A stretch of DNA of 64,000 nt from Thermoanaerobaculia bacterium (GTDB lineage Bacteria > Acidobacteriota > Thermoanaerobaculia > Multivoradales > Multivoraceae), in NCBI GenBank assembly GCA_965116955.1, contig OZ220742.1:2850222-2914221 (forward strand), written 5' to 3'. Made by a program: the position numbers and the translations under genes. The notes under the pieces are model-generated. The model was not told the origin of the DNA. It saw only the letters and a program-made list of their open reading frames with translations, and did not search any database. Shown one piece after another: positions 19,937 to 29,035 of the stretch. Within the stretch, counting starts at the first letter, position 1. Each line of letters opens with the position of its first letter.

Positions 19937-20767
19937 ATGAAAACGCGCAAGCTCAGGGCCGCGGGCTTCGGCGTCGCGTCGCTGCTGATCGTGGCCGGAG
20001 CGGCTCTCGCCCAGGACCGCGGTTTCTACGCCGGCTACACCGCGGCGGCCGAGCAGTTCGACGCCACCTTCTCGAAGAGCGTCGACAACACGGATCCGGA
20101 CACCCTCGTGCCCGAACCGCGCCGCGGGATGGTCTTCCACGACGAGGACTCCGCCGGCACGGTCGATGTCGCGGCCGGCTTCGTCGTCGGCTACCGCACG
20201 GCCCCTGGCGACGGCGATGCGTACCTCAGTACGGAACTCGACGTCATGTTCCACAGCGGCGAACCGGACGGCCGGCTCGCGGGCGTGGGCACGTCGGCCG
20301 AACGCAAGCAACTGGGCGAGAGCTGGCCGGACGCCTGGTCTCTCGACAAGAAACGCAGCTACGGCCTGACCCTGCGGCTCGGCTTCCAGCCGGAATCGCT
20401 CCAGTCCCGGGACATGAGCGTCTACCTGCTCGGCGGCGTGCGGCTCTTCAAGTCGCGCTTCAGCACGACCTTCGAGGGCTGTCTCAGCGCTGAGCCGTGT
20501 TCGCCATCGCAGTACGTTTCGGGAGCCGACGGCCGCGACGTGGATCCGGTCGCCACGACCTGGGGCCTCGGTCTGGAGAAGCGCTTCGGCAGCGGTGAGT
20601 ACGCCCGCCGGATCGCGCTGCGCTTCGAGGCGACCTACAGCGAGTACGGGGACGAGTCCTGGGTGGCCGACTTCCCGGACGTCCGGGTCACCGTGCCGTC
20701 GACGGTGGAGGCGGAGGGGATCGGCCTGACGGTGAGCATGGTGCGGCTGTTCGGCGCCGCCGACTAG
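19937..20767 (+). CDS. Hypothetical outer-membrane beta-barrel protein
   Basis: Signal peptide; alternating amphipathic strands (YGLTLRLGF, WGLGLEKRF, LRFEATYS). Confidence 0.65.
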   Translation: MKTRKLRAAGFGVASLLIVAGAALAQDRGFYAGYTAAAEQFDATFSKSVDNTDPDTLVPEPRRGMVFHDEDSAGTVDVAAGFVVGYRTAPGDGDAYLSTELDVMFHSGEPDGRLAGVGTSAERKQLGESWPDAWSLDKKRSYGLTLRLGFQPESLQSRDMSVYLLGGVRLFKSRFSTTFEGCLSAEPCSPSQYVSGADGRDVDPVATTWGLGLEKRFGSGEYARRIALRFEATYSEYGDESWVADFPDVRVTVPSTVEAEGIGLTVSMVRLFGAAD

Positions 20768-20777
20768 AGCGTCCGCC

Positions 20778-21830
20778 TCAGCCGTACATCACCGCCGCGG
20801 CCTCTTCCCGCAACGCCGTCGGGTTCCCCAGCATCTGCCGGTCGTAGCCGGCGCGCTTGTAGAAGATGTGCATGTCGCACTCGTGGGTGAAGCCGATGCC
20901 GCCGAAGACCTGCGTGGTCATCGTGACGGCCTGGTTGGCGACGTCGGTGGCGTGGGCCTTGAGCAGCGGGGCGAAGTGGTCGATCTCGTCCGACCCTTCG
21001 TCCCAGACATCGGCGGTGTGCCAGAGCAGGGACTGGACCGGCTCGACCTCGGCGAGGACCTCGGCGCAGATGTGCTTGACGGCCTGGAAGGAGCCGATGA
21101 TGCGATCGAACTGCTTGCGCTCCTTGGCGTACTCGACCGAGATGTGCAGTCCCTTCTGGGCGGCGCCGAGCGCGTCGGCGGCGAGGGCGATCTGGGCCGC
21201 GTAGACGGCTCGCCGCGTGCTGTCGGCGTTGCCGCCGAGACTCTCGGCCGTTCCCAGGTCGACGCCGGAGAAGGTGACTTCGGCGACCCGGCGCGTGTCG
21301 TCGACGGTCTGGAGGGGTTCGACTTCGATGCCCGGCGTGGTCGCGTCGAGCAGGTGCAGACTGCCCCCGTCTTCGAGCAGGAAGGCGTCCGCCCAGGCGG
21401 CGTCGGGCAGGTAGAGCACGGAACCGTCGACCCGGCCGTTCTCGATCGGCGCGTCGAGAACCGGCGTGACCAGGGTCCTCCCTTCGGCGATCCCCTCGAG
21501 CAGGCCGTTCCGGCGTTCGCCGCCCTCGGCGCCGGCAATCAGCAGCGGCGCGAGGACATAGGACGAGTGGAAGTTCACCGGCGCCGCGGCACGACCGATC
21601 TCCTGGGCGGCGATCGCCGCCTCCTGCATCCCGAGCTCCGAACCGCCCAGGTCCATGTCGATCAGGAGCCCCGTGATCCCCTGGTCGCCGAGTTGGCCGT
21701 GGATCGCTTCGTCGCGGCCGGATTCCGAGTCCATCACGCGGCGGACGCGCTCGATACCCACGTCCTGGGCCAGAAAGCGGGCGATCGAGTCTCGGAGCAG
21801 CTCCTGCGGCTGCGTCAGTCCAAAGTCCAT
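20778..21830 (-). CDS. Acyl-CoA dehydrogenase, short partner subunit
   Basis: MDFGLT, RKQFDRIIGSFQAVKH, GGIGFTHE. Confidence 0.92.
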   Translation of the reverse strand: MDFGLTQPQELLRDSIARFLAQDVGIERVRRVMDSESGRDEAIHGQLGDQGITGLLIDMDLGGSELGMQEAAIAAQEIGRAAAPVNFHSSYVLAPLLIAGAEGGERRNGLLEGIAEGRTLVTPVLDAPIENGRVDGSVLYLPDAAWADAFLLEDGGSLHLLDATTPGIEVEPLQTVDDTRRVAEVTFSGVDLGTAESLGGNADSTRRAVYAAQIALAADALGAAQKGLHISVEYAKERKQFDRIIGSFQAVKHICAEVLAEVEPVQSLLWHTADVWDEGSDEIDHFAPLLKAHATDVANQAVTMTTQVFGGIGFTHECDMHIFYKRAGYDRQMLGNPTALREEAAAVMYG

Positions 21831-21858
21831 GTTCGAGGACTCCTTGTGGCCCCGGCCG

Positions 21859-23052
21859 TCAGGCCGCGGCCGGCTTCGGCTCGCGCGGCAGTCCGAGACC
21901 CCGCTCGCCGATGATGTTCTTCTGGATCTGGGCGGTGCCGCCGCCGATGATCAGGCCGAGGGCGTACATGTAGTTGCGCTGCCAGTTGCCGTAGTCGCGC
22001 ACGTGCTTCGAGCCGCGCTTCAGCACGCCGCGCTCGGCCATCGCGTCGATCGCCAGGGCGCAGATGTCGTAGTTCAACTGACAGTTGTTCAGCTTGACGA
22101 TCAGGCCGCCGGCGCCGGAGTCCCGCTTCTTCAGGCGGTCGGTGAGCAGGCGCAACTGGTGGTACTTCATGGCCTGCACCCGGCCCTCGAGCCTGAGCAG
22201 CCGGTCGCGGTAGACGGGCGAGTCGATCAGTCCGGTCTCGCGCAGGATCTCCACGCAGCCGGCGACGTAGTTCTCGGTCGCGTTCGAGCGGCCGAGCATG
22301 TTGCGCTCGAAGCGCAGCGTGTAGGTGCCGACCTCCCAGCCCTGGCCGGGGCGGCCGACGACGTTCGTGGCCGGCACGCGCACGTCGGTGAAGAAGACCT
22401 CGTTGAAGGTGGCGTCGCCAGTCATCGTCATCAGCGGCCGGACGTCGATGCCGGGCGTGTCCATCGACAGCACGATGTAGCTGATGCCTCCGTGCTTCCC
22501 GGCGTCGGCCTCGGTGCGGATCAGGGCGAACATCATGTCGGCTTCGCGGGCGCCGCTGGTCCAGATCTTCTGGCCGTTGATCACGTACTCGTCGCCGTCG
22601 AGCACCGCGGAGGTCCGCAGCGACGCCAGGTCCGAGCCGGATCCGGGTTCGCTGTACCCCTGGCACCAGATCAGTTCGCCGCGCATCGTGGGCCGGATCA
22701 GCTCCTGCTTCTGATCCTCGCGACCGAAGTGCAGCAGGGTCGGGACGAACATGCCGGTGCCCTGGCTTTCCATCCCAAGCGAGATCCCGGCGCTCTGGAA
22801 CTCCTCCTCGATTACCAGGCTCGCGAGGGGGTCCGGCTCGTGGCCGGCGCCGCCGTAGCGCTTCGGGATCGTGCGGCCGGCGTAGCCGGCATCGAAGAGC
22901 CGCTTCTGCCACTCCAGGGTTCTGGCGCGGACTTGCGAGGCGTCGCCGCCGAAGCCGGGTCCGGCGGGGACCGCGACATCCTCGTTGGCGGCGAAGAAGG
23001 AGCGGACCTCCTCGCGGAGGGAGTCGTATTCGGAGCCGATCGATGTGTCCAT
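21859..23052 (-). CDS. Acyl-CoA dehydrogenase (FadE17/FadE26-like subunit)
   Basis: WCQGYSEPGSGSDLASL, NGQKIWTS, FNEVFFTDVRVP, LRFER, GGTAQIQKNII. Confidence 0.93.
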   Translation of the reverse strand: MDTSIGSEYDSLREEVRSFFAANEDVAVPAGPGFGGDASQVRARTLEWQKRLFDAGYAGRTIPKRYGGAGHEPDPLASLVIEEEFQSAGISLGMESQGTGMFVPTLLHFGREDQKQELIRPTMRGELIWCQGYSEPGSGSDLASLRTSAVLDGDEYVINGQKIWTSGAREADMMFALIRTEADAGKHGGISYIVLSMDTPGIDVRPLMTMTGDATFNEVFFTDVRVPATNVVGRPGQGWEVGTYTLRFERNMLGRSNATENYVAGCVEILRETGLIDSPVYRDRLLRLEGRVQAMKYHQLRLLTDRLKKRDSGAGGLIVKLNNCQLNYDICALAIDAMAERGVLKRGSKHVRDYGNWQRNYMYALGLIIGGGTAQIQKNIIGERGLGLPREPKPAAA

Positions 23053-23170
23053 GATGGGCGCGACTCTATCCTGCGCAGGGGCCCTCGTCAGCACGCTCGG
23101 GCGTTCGGAGTAAGCTGTCGGGTTCGACACTCCGTCGAAGGACAACCTCGGGAAGGGTGGCGACGACAAC

Positions 23171-24349
23171 ATGGCCGACGACACGGTGGAAGAAGGGCTA
23201 GTGGAGGGAGCCGAGGAGGCCGACGCAGCGAAGCACTCGAGCCGCGATGCCGTGCGTCTGGAGCAGTTGCGGCAGGCCGCGGCTGCGGCCGGCGCCGATG
23301 CCGTGGTGCTGACGCCGGGAGCTACGTTGAGATGGCTCCTGGGCCACCACTTCGATGGCCACGAGCGGCTTTTCCTGCTCGTCGTGCCGACCGCCGACGA
23401 CCCGGTGGCCATCGTGCCCGCGCTGGAGGAGGCGAACTTTCGCGGGGTCGCGCCGGCGGTCGAGGCGGTGCATCTTTGGGACGACGCGGACGGTCCGGAG
23501 AAGGCCGCGGCCGCGGCCTTCAAGGATCTCGGGAAGGCGTCACGAGTGGCGGTGGAACCCCTCAGTCTGCGCTACATGGAGGCGCAGCATCTGTCCCGCG
23601 AGCTGCCCAAGGCGAAGCTCGAAAGCGCCGAGTCGATCGTGAGCGAACTGCGGCTCAAGAAGAGCGACGAGGAAGCGAAAGCGATCCAGCAGGCGTCCAA
23701 GATCGCCGAGGCGGCGCTCGAGTTCACGCTGCGGGACGTCAAGCCGGGACGCACCGAGCGCGAGATCGCGGCCAAGCTCTCGAGTGAGTTGCTGCGCCGT
23801 GGCGGCGGCGGCATCTCGTTCGGGCCGATCGTCCTCAGTGGCCCCAAGTCGGCGTTGCCGCACGGTGTCCCGGACGAACGCGAGATGCAGGAAGGCGAGT
23901 TTCTGCTGATCGACTTCGGAACGTCCTTCGACGGCTACCACTGCGACATCACCCGCACGTTCGTCGTCAGCGGCTCGCCGACCGACCGCATGCGGGAGGT
24001 CTACGAGGCCGTGCTGCAGGCGAACATCCGCGGAGTGGCGGCGTCACGTCCCGGCGTCACCTACGCCTACGTCCACAAGAACTGCCAGGCGAACCTGCGG
24101 GCCGCGCGCTTCAAGGAGTTCATGACCCATCGAACCGGGCACGGTCTGGGCCTTGAGATCCACGAGCCGCCGTCCGTGATGGCGGGCAACACCGACACTG
24201 TCGAGGAGGGGGCGGTATTCACCATCGAACCGGGCCTCTACCTCGAAGGCTGGGGTGGGGTGCGGATCGAGGACAACGTGCGCGTCACCGCGGAGGGCTG
24301 CGAGTTGCTCACGTCGTCGCCGAGGGAGCTGCGGATCCTCGGCGCCTGA
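23171..24349 (+). CDS. Xaa-Pro peptidase, M24 family
   Basis: Creatinase_N-like domain; LIDFG, DITRT, GHGLGLEIHEPP, TIEPGLY, GVRIED. Confidence 0.93.
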   Translation: MADDTVEEGLVEGAEEADAAKHSSRDAVRLEQLRQAAAAAGADAVVLTPGATLRWLLGHHFDGHERLFLLVVPTADDPVAIVPALEEANFRGVAPAVEAVHLWDDADGPEKAAAAAFKDLGKASRVAVEPLSLRYMEAQHLSRELPKAKLESAESIVSELRLKKSDEEAKAIQQASKIAEAALEFTLRDVKPGRTEREIAAKLSSELLRRGGGGISFGPIVLSGPKSALPHGVPDEREMQEGEFLLIDFGTSFDGYHCDITRTFVVSGSPTDRMREVYEAVLQANIRGVAASRPGVTYAYVHKNCQANLRAARFKEFMTHRTGHGLGLEIHEPPSVMAGNTDTVEEGAVFTIEPGLYLEGWGGVRIEDNVRVTAEGCELLTSSPRELRILGA

Positions 24350-24364
24350 GCCCTCAGAAGTGCC

Positions 24365-27300
24365 TCAGAAGTGAACGTGCAGGCCGATCTGGCCGCGGCG
24401 GCTGTCTCCCAGGCCACTGCGGATCGTGCCGTCGAAGTTGAAGAGCAGGGAGCCCTGGGAGGCGTCGAGGCGGTTGTCGGCGTTCGTCAGGTTGAAGATC
24501 TCGAACACCGGTTCCAGGGTGACGCCGCGGCCGAGAGTGAACGGCTTGGACAGGCGGATGTCCCAGGTCAGGAAGTCGTTGTCCCGCCGTAGCGTGTTCC
24601 GCTGCAGAACGCTGCCGTCGGCGCAGATGCGGTCGGACGGCTGGGCGGCTCTCCGGCCGGAGTTGGCGCAGGACTCGGAGACGGGTGATGCGGACAGGTA
24701 GCGGAACACGTTGCTGAGCTGGATGTTGCGGGGAAGGGCGAAGAGCAGGTAGCCCGCGACCTGGTGCCGGCGGTCACGGTCGGACCAGCCGTACTCGGGG
24801 CCGAGGTTCGCGGGGTCGGCGTAGCGGAAGGTGAAGGGATCGCGCTCGTTGTCGTCGTCGGAGCGATCCCGGCTGAGGGTGTAGTTCATCTCGAAGGTGA
24901 GCAGGCCGTCGAAGGCGTCCCGGCCGCGCAGGGTGGCGGTCAGGCCGTGGTAGCGCGAGCGCGCCGAGCTTTCCGTGTTGTTCAGGGCGTTGATGCCGCC
25001 GCCGCCGGGATGCGTGCCGACGCCGAAGGGGGAGCCGAAGGCAGGGTGGTTGCGGTCGACGAAGCGGAAGAGCTCGTCGGTCCGTGCATGCTGATACGCG
25101 AGCTCGGCGGTCAGGCCGCGGCCCAGCCGTCGCTCGAAGCCCGCGCCGAACGACCAGGTCTCGGGCAGTTCGAGATCCCGGTCGACGACGGTGATGTCGG
25201 GCAGGAAGGGCACCGTGTCCGAGCCGTCGATCTGCTGGTCGATGGGCGGAACCGGGCCGAGCGCCGGCGAAGCGGCGCTGCTCCTGAACAGGACCTGCTG
25301 GAAGGCGCCGTTCGTCGTGCGCGGACCGGCCAGGACGAGACTGGGAATGCGGGACACGTAGGAACCGGCGTTCAGCCGCAGCACGTTGGAGCCGTCGCCC
25401 GAGGCGTCCCAGACCAGGCCGAGACGGGGCTGGAAGTTGTCGAGATCGTCGGGGATCGTGCCGTCCGACGGGAACCGCGGATCGGCCAGGTAGGGCGCGA
25501 AGTACGTGCTCTCCGGTTCGATCAGCGGGGCCGGGTTCCAGGTTCCCTCCCAGCGCAGCCCGAGGTTCAGAACGACCCGGTCGCTCGCCTGCCAGGTGTC
25601 CTGGAGGAAGAGGCCGATTTCATCGACGTCGAATGCCTGCTTGCCCAGGTCTTCCGGCGGAATGCCGGGAACGGTCGCGGCCTGCAGGTAGAGCAGGACC
25701 GGTCCGGTGATCTCGGCGCCCGGCGGGCAGAGGCCGACGGCGCTGCTGGTGCCGTCGGAGCAGGTGACGTAGTGGTTCCCTCGCTCGACGAACTGGATGA
25801 AGCCGTCCACCGAGTCGAAGATGTAGCGGCTGTTGCCGAAACCCAGGAACTGCTGGGCGATCCCGGTCCGGTTGGCCTCGATCCCCGCCTTGACCAGGTG
25901 ATCGCCGAGCAGCGTCGAGACGTTGTCGACGAGCTGCTTGCGGTCGTCCGCCGCGTCGGCGCCGATCGGAAGGAAGAAGGGCAGACCGATACGGAAACCG
26001 TCGGCGAAGTCCATCGCGATGTCGGGGAAGGGCCTGCCGCCGAGCACCTGGTACGGCGGCTGGGGTGGCGGCTCGACTCCCGGCTGCAGCGGTCCGCCGT
26101 AACGCCGCGGCCGGTGCTCGCGGGCCCATTGCAGGCGTAGTTCATTCGAGGTCCGGTTGCTGAGCAGGGACCGCAGGCTGAGGTTGACGGCGTGCGAGTA
26201 GTCCTGCTCGATGCCGTTGGCCGACAGGCCCCAGGAGTCGACGTCGAACGTTCCGTTCTCCTGCTCCGACCAGGTGTAGTTGTACTTGACCGACGCCTGG
26301 TGGCGCTCGCTCAGGTTGAAGTCCAGCTTGGCGATCAGGGCTCGGTTGTCGTCGGTGCGGTCGATGGGCCCGAACTCGTCGTCGAACAGGCCGGGCCAGC
26401 GCTCCTGCAGGAACCGATCGAGCCGTGCCAGGTTGGCGGGACCGGCGACGCCGCGCACGAGTTGCTTGGTCTCCGAAGCGTCTTGCTCGTCGTAGGCGCC
26501 GAAGAAGAAGACCCGCTCCCGCTGGATCGGCCCGCCGAGGGTGAAGCCGTACTGCATGCGCTCGAACTCCGGCTTCGCCGCCTCGCCGGAAGGGTGCTCC
26601 GACGAGATCCCGTCCCATTGCCGGAACGTGTGCATCGTGCCCTCGAGCTCGTTCGTGCCGGACTTCGTGATCACGTTGACGAAACCGCCGGCGGACCGGC
26701 CGAACTCGGCGGTCGCGCCCTGGTTGATGACGACCATCTCCTGGATCGCATCCTGGTTGAAGGTGAAGGCCGGGCGCTGCCCGCCGCGCTGCTCGCCGAA
26801 GAACGAGTTGTTGAAGTCGGCGCCGTCGACGATGAAGTTGTTGAAGATGCCGCGCTGGCCGCTGATGTTCAGCTCATCGCCGTCCGGCCCCTGGGAGAGC
26901 GATGCGCCCGGGGTCAGCAGGGTCAGGTCGAAGAAGTTCCGGCCGTTCGTGGGTAGCCCTTCGATCACCTCGTCGGCGAGCCGCTGGGAGGTCGTCACGT
27001 CTTCGGTCGCGGGCGTTCCGTAGGCATCCGTCGACACCGTGATCTCGTCGGCCACGACCTCCTTGAGCGCGATGTCGAGGTTCAGGCTCTCACCGACGCG
27101 AAGGGTCAGGCCGGCCAGTCGCTCCATCAGTCCTTCGTCATCCTTCGTCACGATCAGTTCATACGACCCGAGCGGCAGCAAGGTGCGCGCGAAGGTGCCA
27201 GTAGCCGTCGTTTCCACGGAGGTCGTGAAGCCCGTCTCCGCGTGCTGGATCAGCACCTGGGCGCCGCCGACGGCCGCTCCGCCGGGGCCGTGGACGGTGC

Positions 27301-27394
27301 CGCGGATGATCCCGGTCGTCGCCTCGGACTGGGCGGCTGCTGGCAAAGCGGCGGCCGCGAGCAGGATGGCTGCGAGCGTCGAACGAACGGACAT
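24365..27394 (-). CDS. Oar-type TonB-dependent receptor
   Basis: Signal peptide, carboxypeptidase-regulatory-like domain, LPTNGRNF, AEFGRSAGG..ITKSGTN, PRLG, C-terminal F. Confidence 0.92.
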   Translation of the reverse strand: MSVRSTLAAILLAAAALPAAAQSEATTGIIRGTVHGPGGAAVGGAQVLIQHAETGFTTSVETTATGTFARTLLPLGSYELIVTKDDEGLMERLAGLTLRVGESLNLDIALKEVVADEITVSTDAYGTPATEDVTTSQRLADEVIEGLPTNGRNFFDLTLLTPGASLSQGPDGDELNISGQRGIFNNFIVDGADFNNSFFGEQRGGQRPAFTFNQDAIQEMVVINQGATAEFGRSAGGFVNVITKSGTNELEGTMHTFRQWDGISSEHPSGEAAKPEFERMQYGFTLGGPIQRERVFFFGAYDEQDASETKQLVRGVAGPANLARLDRFLQERWPGLFDDEFGPIDRTDDNRALIAKLDFNLSERHQASVKYNYTWSEQENGTFDVDSWGLSANGIEQDYSHAVNLSLRSLLSNRTSNELRLQWAREHRPRRYGGPLQPGVEPPPQPPYQVLGGRPFPDIAMDFADGFRIGLPFFLPIGADAADDRKQLVDNVSTLLGDHLVKAGIEANRTGIAQQFLGFGNSRYIFDSVDGFIQFVERGNHYVTCSDGTSSAVGLCPPGAEITGPVLLYLQAATVPGIPPEDLGKQAFDVDEIGLFLQDTWQASDRVVLNLGLRWEGTWNPAPLIEPESTYFAPYLADPRFPSDGTIPDDLDNFQPRLGLVWDASGDGSNVLRLNAGSYVSRIPSLVLAGPRTTNGAFQQVLFRSSAASPALGPVPPIDQQIDGSDTVPFLPDITVVDRDLELPETWSFGAGFERRLGRGLTAELAYQHARTDELFRFVDRNHPAFGSPFGVGTHPGGGGINALNNTESSARSRYHGLTATLRGRDAFDGLLTFEMNYTLSRDRSDDDNERDPFTFRYADPANLGPEYGWSDRDRRHQVAGYLLFALPRNIQLSNVFRYLSASPVSESCANSGRRAAQPSDRICADGSVLQRNTLRRDNDFLTWDIRLSKPFTLGRGVTLEPVFEIFNLTNADNRLDASQGSLLFNFDGTIRSGLGDSRRGQIGLHVHF

Positions 27395-27437
27395 GATCGA
27401 AGCCGGGTCGACCGCCGGCGGCGGGATGATAGCGGGC

Positions 27438-28880
27438 TCAGGCCGCCAGAACCTCCCGCAACCGCCGCGCGACCTCCGGCTGCTTCCCCGCCACGTTCTC
27501 CGTCTCCATCGGATCCGCCTCCAGGTCCCAAAGGATGTCCTCGTCGCCGAAGCCAGTCACCAGCTTGTAGCGGCCGTCGTAGGCGAGCCGCCAGTCGCCA
27601 AGGCCGGACAGCACGGCTTCGCGGTGACTGTCGGTTCGGCCCTCCAGGAGTGGCCGCAGGGACTGGCTGTCCATGTCGTCCGGCGTGGGGAGTCCGCCGT
27701 AGTCGAGGAAGGTGGCGGCCAGGTCGAGCACGGTGGTCGGCAGGTTGCACTCGTAGCCCTCGCGGATGCCGGGGCCGGCCGCCAGCAGGGGTACGCCCGC
27801 CGAAGCCTGGTAGGGGACCGACTTTCCCCAGCGCGCGTGATCGCCGAGCATCTCGCCGTGGTCGCTGGAGTAGACGATGATCGTGTTGTCGAGTTGGCCG
27901 GTTTCTTCCAGCATGTCGATGTAGCGGCCCAGCCAGGCGTCGATGTTCTCGATCATCGCGGCGTAGTTCTGGCGCAGGGCCACGTGCTCGGTCGGAGTCA
28001 GGGCGCCTTCGTAGGCGAACGGTTGGCCCAGACCATCCCGGCCGCGGACCCACGCCTCCATCTCGGCGGTGATATCGACCGGCGGATGCGGGCCGACGAA
28101 GTTGATGACCAGGTGCCAGGGGTGGTCCTTCGGGGCGGCCTCGATCAGGTCCAGGCCGTTCTGGGCGATCCAGTTGTCGCAGTAGGCCTCGGGACCGAGC
28201 GGCGAGGTGATCACGTCGCCCCACCAGGAGTCGGGGAAGCCTGAGCGGCGGCGGCGGAAGTCCGTGGCGCAGGCGCGACCCAGCGGCGGCTCGAGCGAGT
28301 CGAGGTAGGCGTAGTAGGGGTCCTTCGGCCCTTCCGGATCCTTGAGGTAGGACTCCATGCCGTCGCCCTTGCCGCAGTTGTTGATCTGGGCGGAAAAGCC
28401 CCAATCATAGGCGTTGTTCGTTCCGTCGATGCCCCAGTTGCCGCTGTTCTTCGACATGTCGAGCTTGCCGACCGCCATCGTGTGGTAGCCGGAATCGCGG
28501 AGTCGTCCGTAGAAGGTCGTCTGGTCGAGCGGATAGTCAAATCGGTTGCTGCTCACGCCGCAGCGGTCGTACTCGCGGCCGGAGGCCAGGCAGGCACGGG
28601 ACGGGGCGCAGACCGGCGACGGCACCAGGGCGTTGGTGAAGTTGACGCCGTCGCGGGCCAGGCGGTCGATGTTCGGTGTCCGCAGTGCGGCGAGACCGCG
28701 GCTGCCTGGGCCGAGCCAGTCGGGGCGGTGCTGGTCGGGGAAGAAGAACAGCAGGTTCGGGCGGTCGTCGGCCTCGGCCTGCGGCTCGGGGCTGCCGCAG
28801 CCATGGAGACCGGCGAGAGCGCCGCCGGCGAGCAGGCGCGAGGACTGCTGGAGGAAGTCGCGACGGGTGCTGCGATTCAT
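27438..28880 (-). CDS. Tat-exported sulfatase
   Basis: TRRDFL Tat motif, PNLLFFFPDQHR, CAPSR (CxPxR), SSDHGEMLGDH, DLEADPME. Confidence 0.92.
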   Translation of the reverse strand: MNRSTRRDFLQQSSRLLAGGALAGLHGCGSPEPQAEADDRPNLLFFFPDQHRPDWLGPGSRGLAALRTPNIDRLARDGVNFTNALVPSPVCAPSRACLASGREYDRCGVSSNRFDYPLDQTTFYGRLRDSGYHTMAVGKLDMSKNSGNWGIDGTNNAYDWGFSAQINNCGKGDGMESYLKDPEGPKDPYYAYLDSLEPPLGRACATDFRRRRSGFPDSWWGDVITSPLGPEAYCDNWIAQNGLDLIEAAPKDHPWHLVINFVGPHPPVDITAEMEAWVRGRDGLGQPFAYEGALTPTEHVALRQNYAAMIENIDAWLGRYIDMLEETGQLDNTIIVYSSDHGEMLGDHARWGKSVPYQASAGVPLLAAGPGIREGYECNLPTTVLDLAATFLDYGGLPTPDDMDSQSLRPLLEGRTDSHREAVLSGLGDWRLAYDGRYKLVTGFGDEDILWDLEADPMETENVAGKQPEVARRLREVLAA

Positions 28881-29035
28881 GGAACTACTCCTTCCGGTTT
28901 GGGGAGTACGGCGGTTTGAACGGACTTGATGATTCCTACAGCGTTGGCTAGTTTAGGCCACTCACCAAGCACGCGAACGGCCGTACAGCCTCGAAGTCCT
29001 GTTCGGTTGGTCGCGCGATCGACTGGAGGCTAAGG

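Noticed and set aside
23096-23135. GGTTCGA T-loop-like motif suggesting a tRNA
   Set aside because: Only a simple hairpin; no cloverleaf or CCA.
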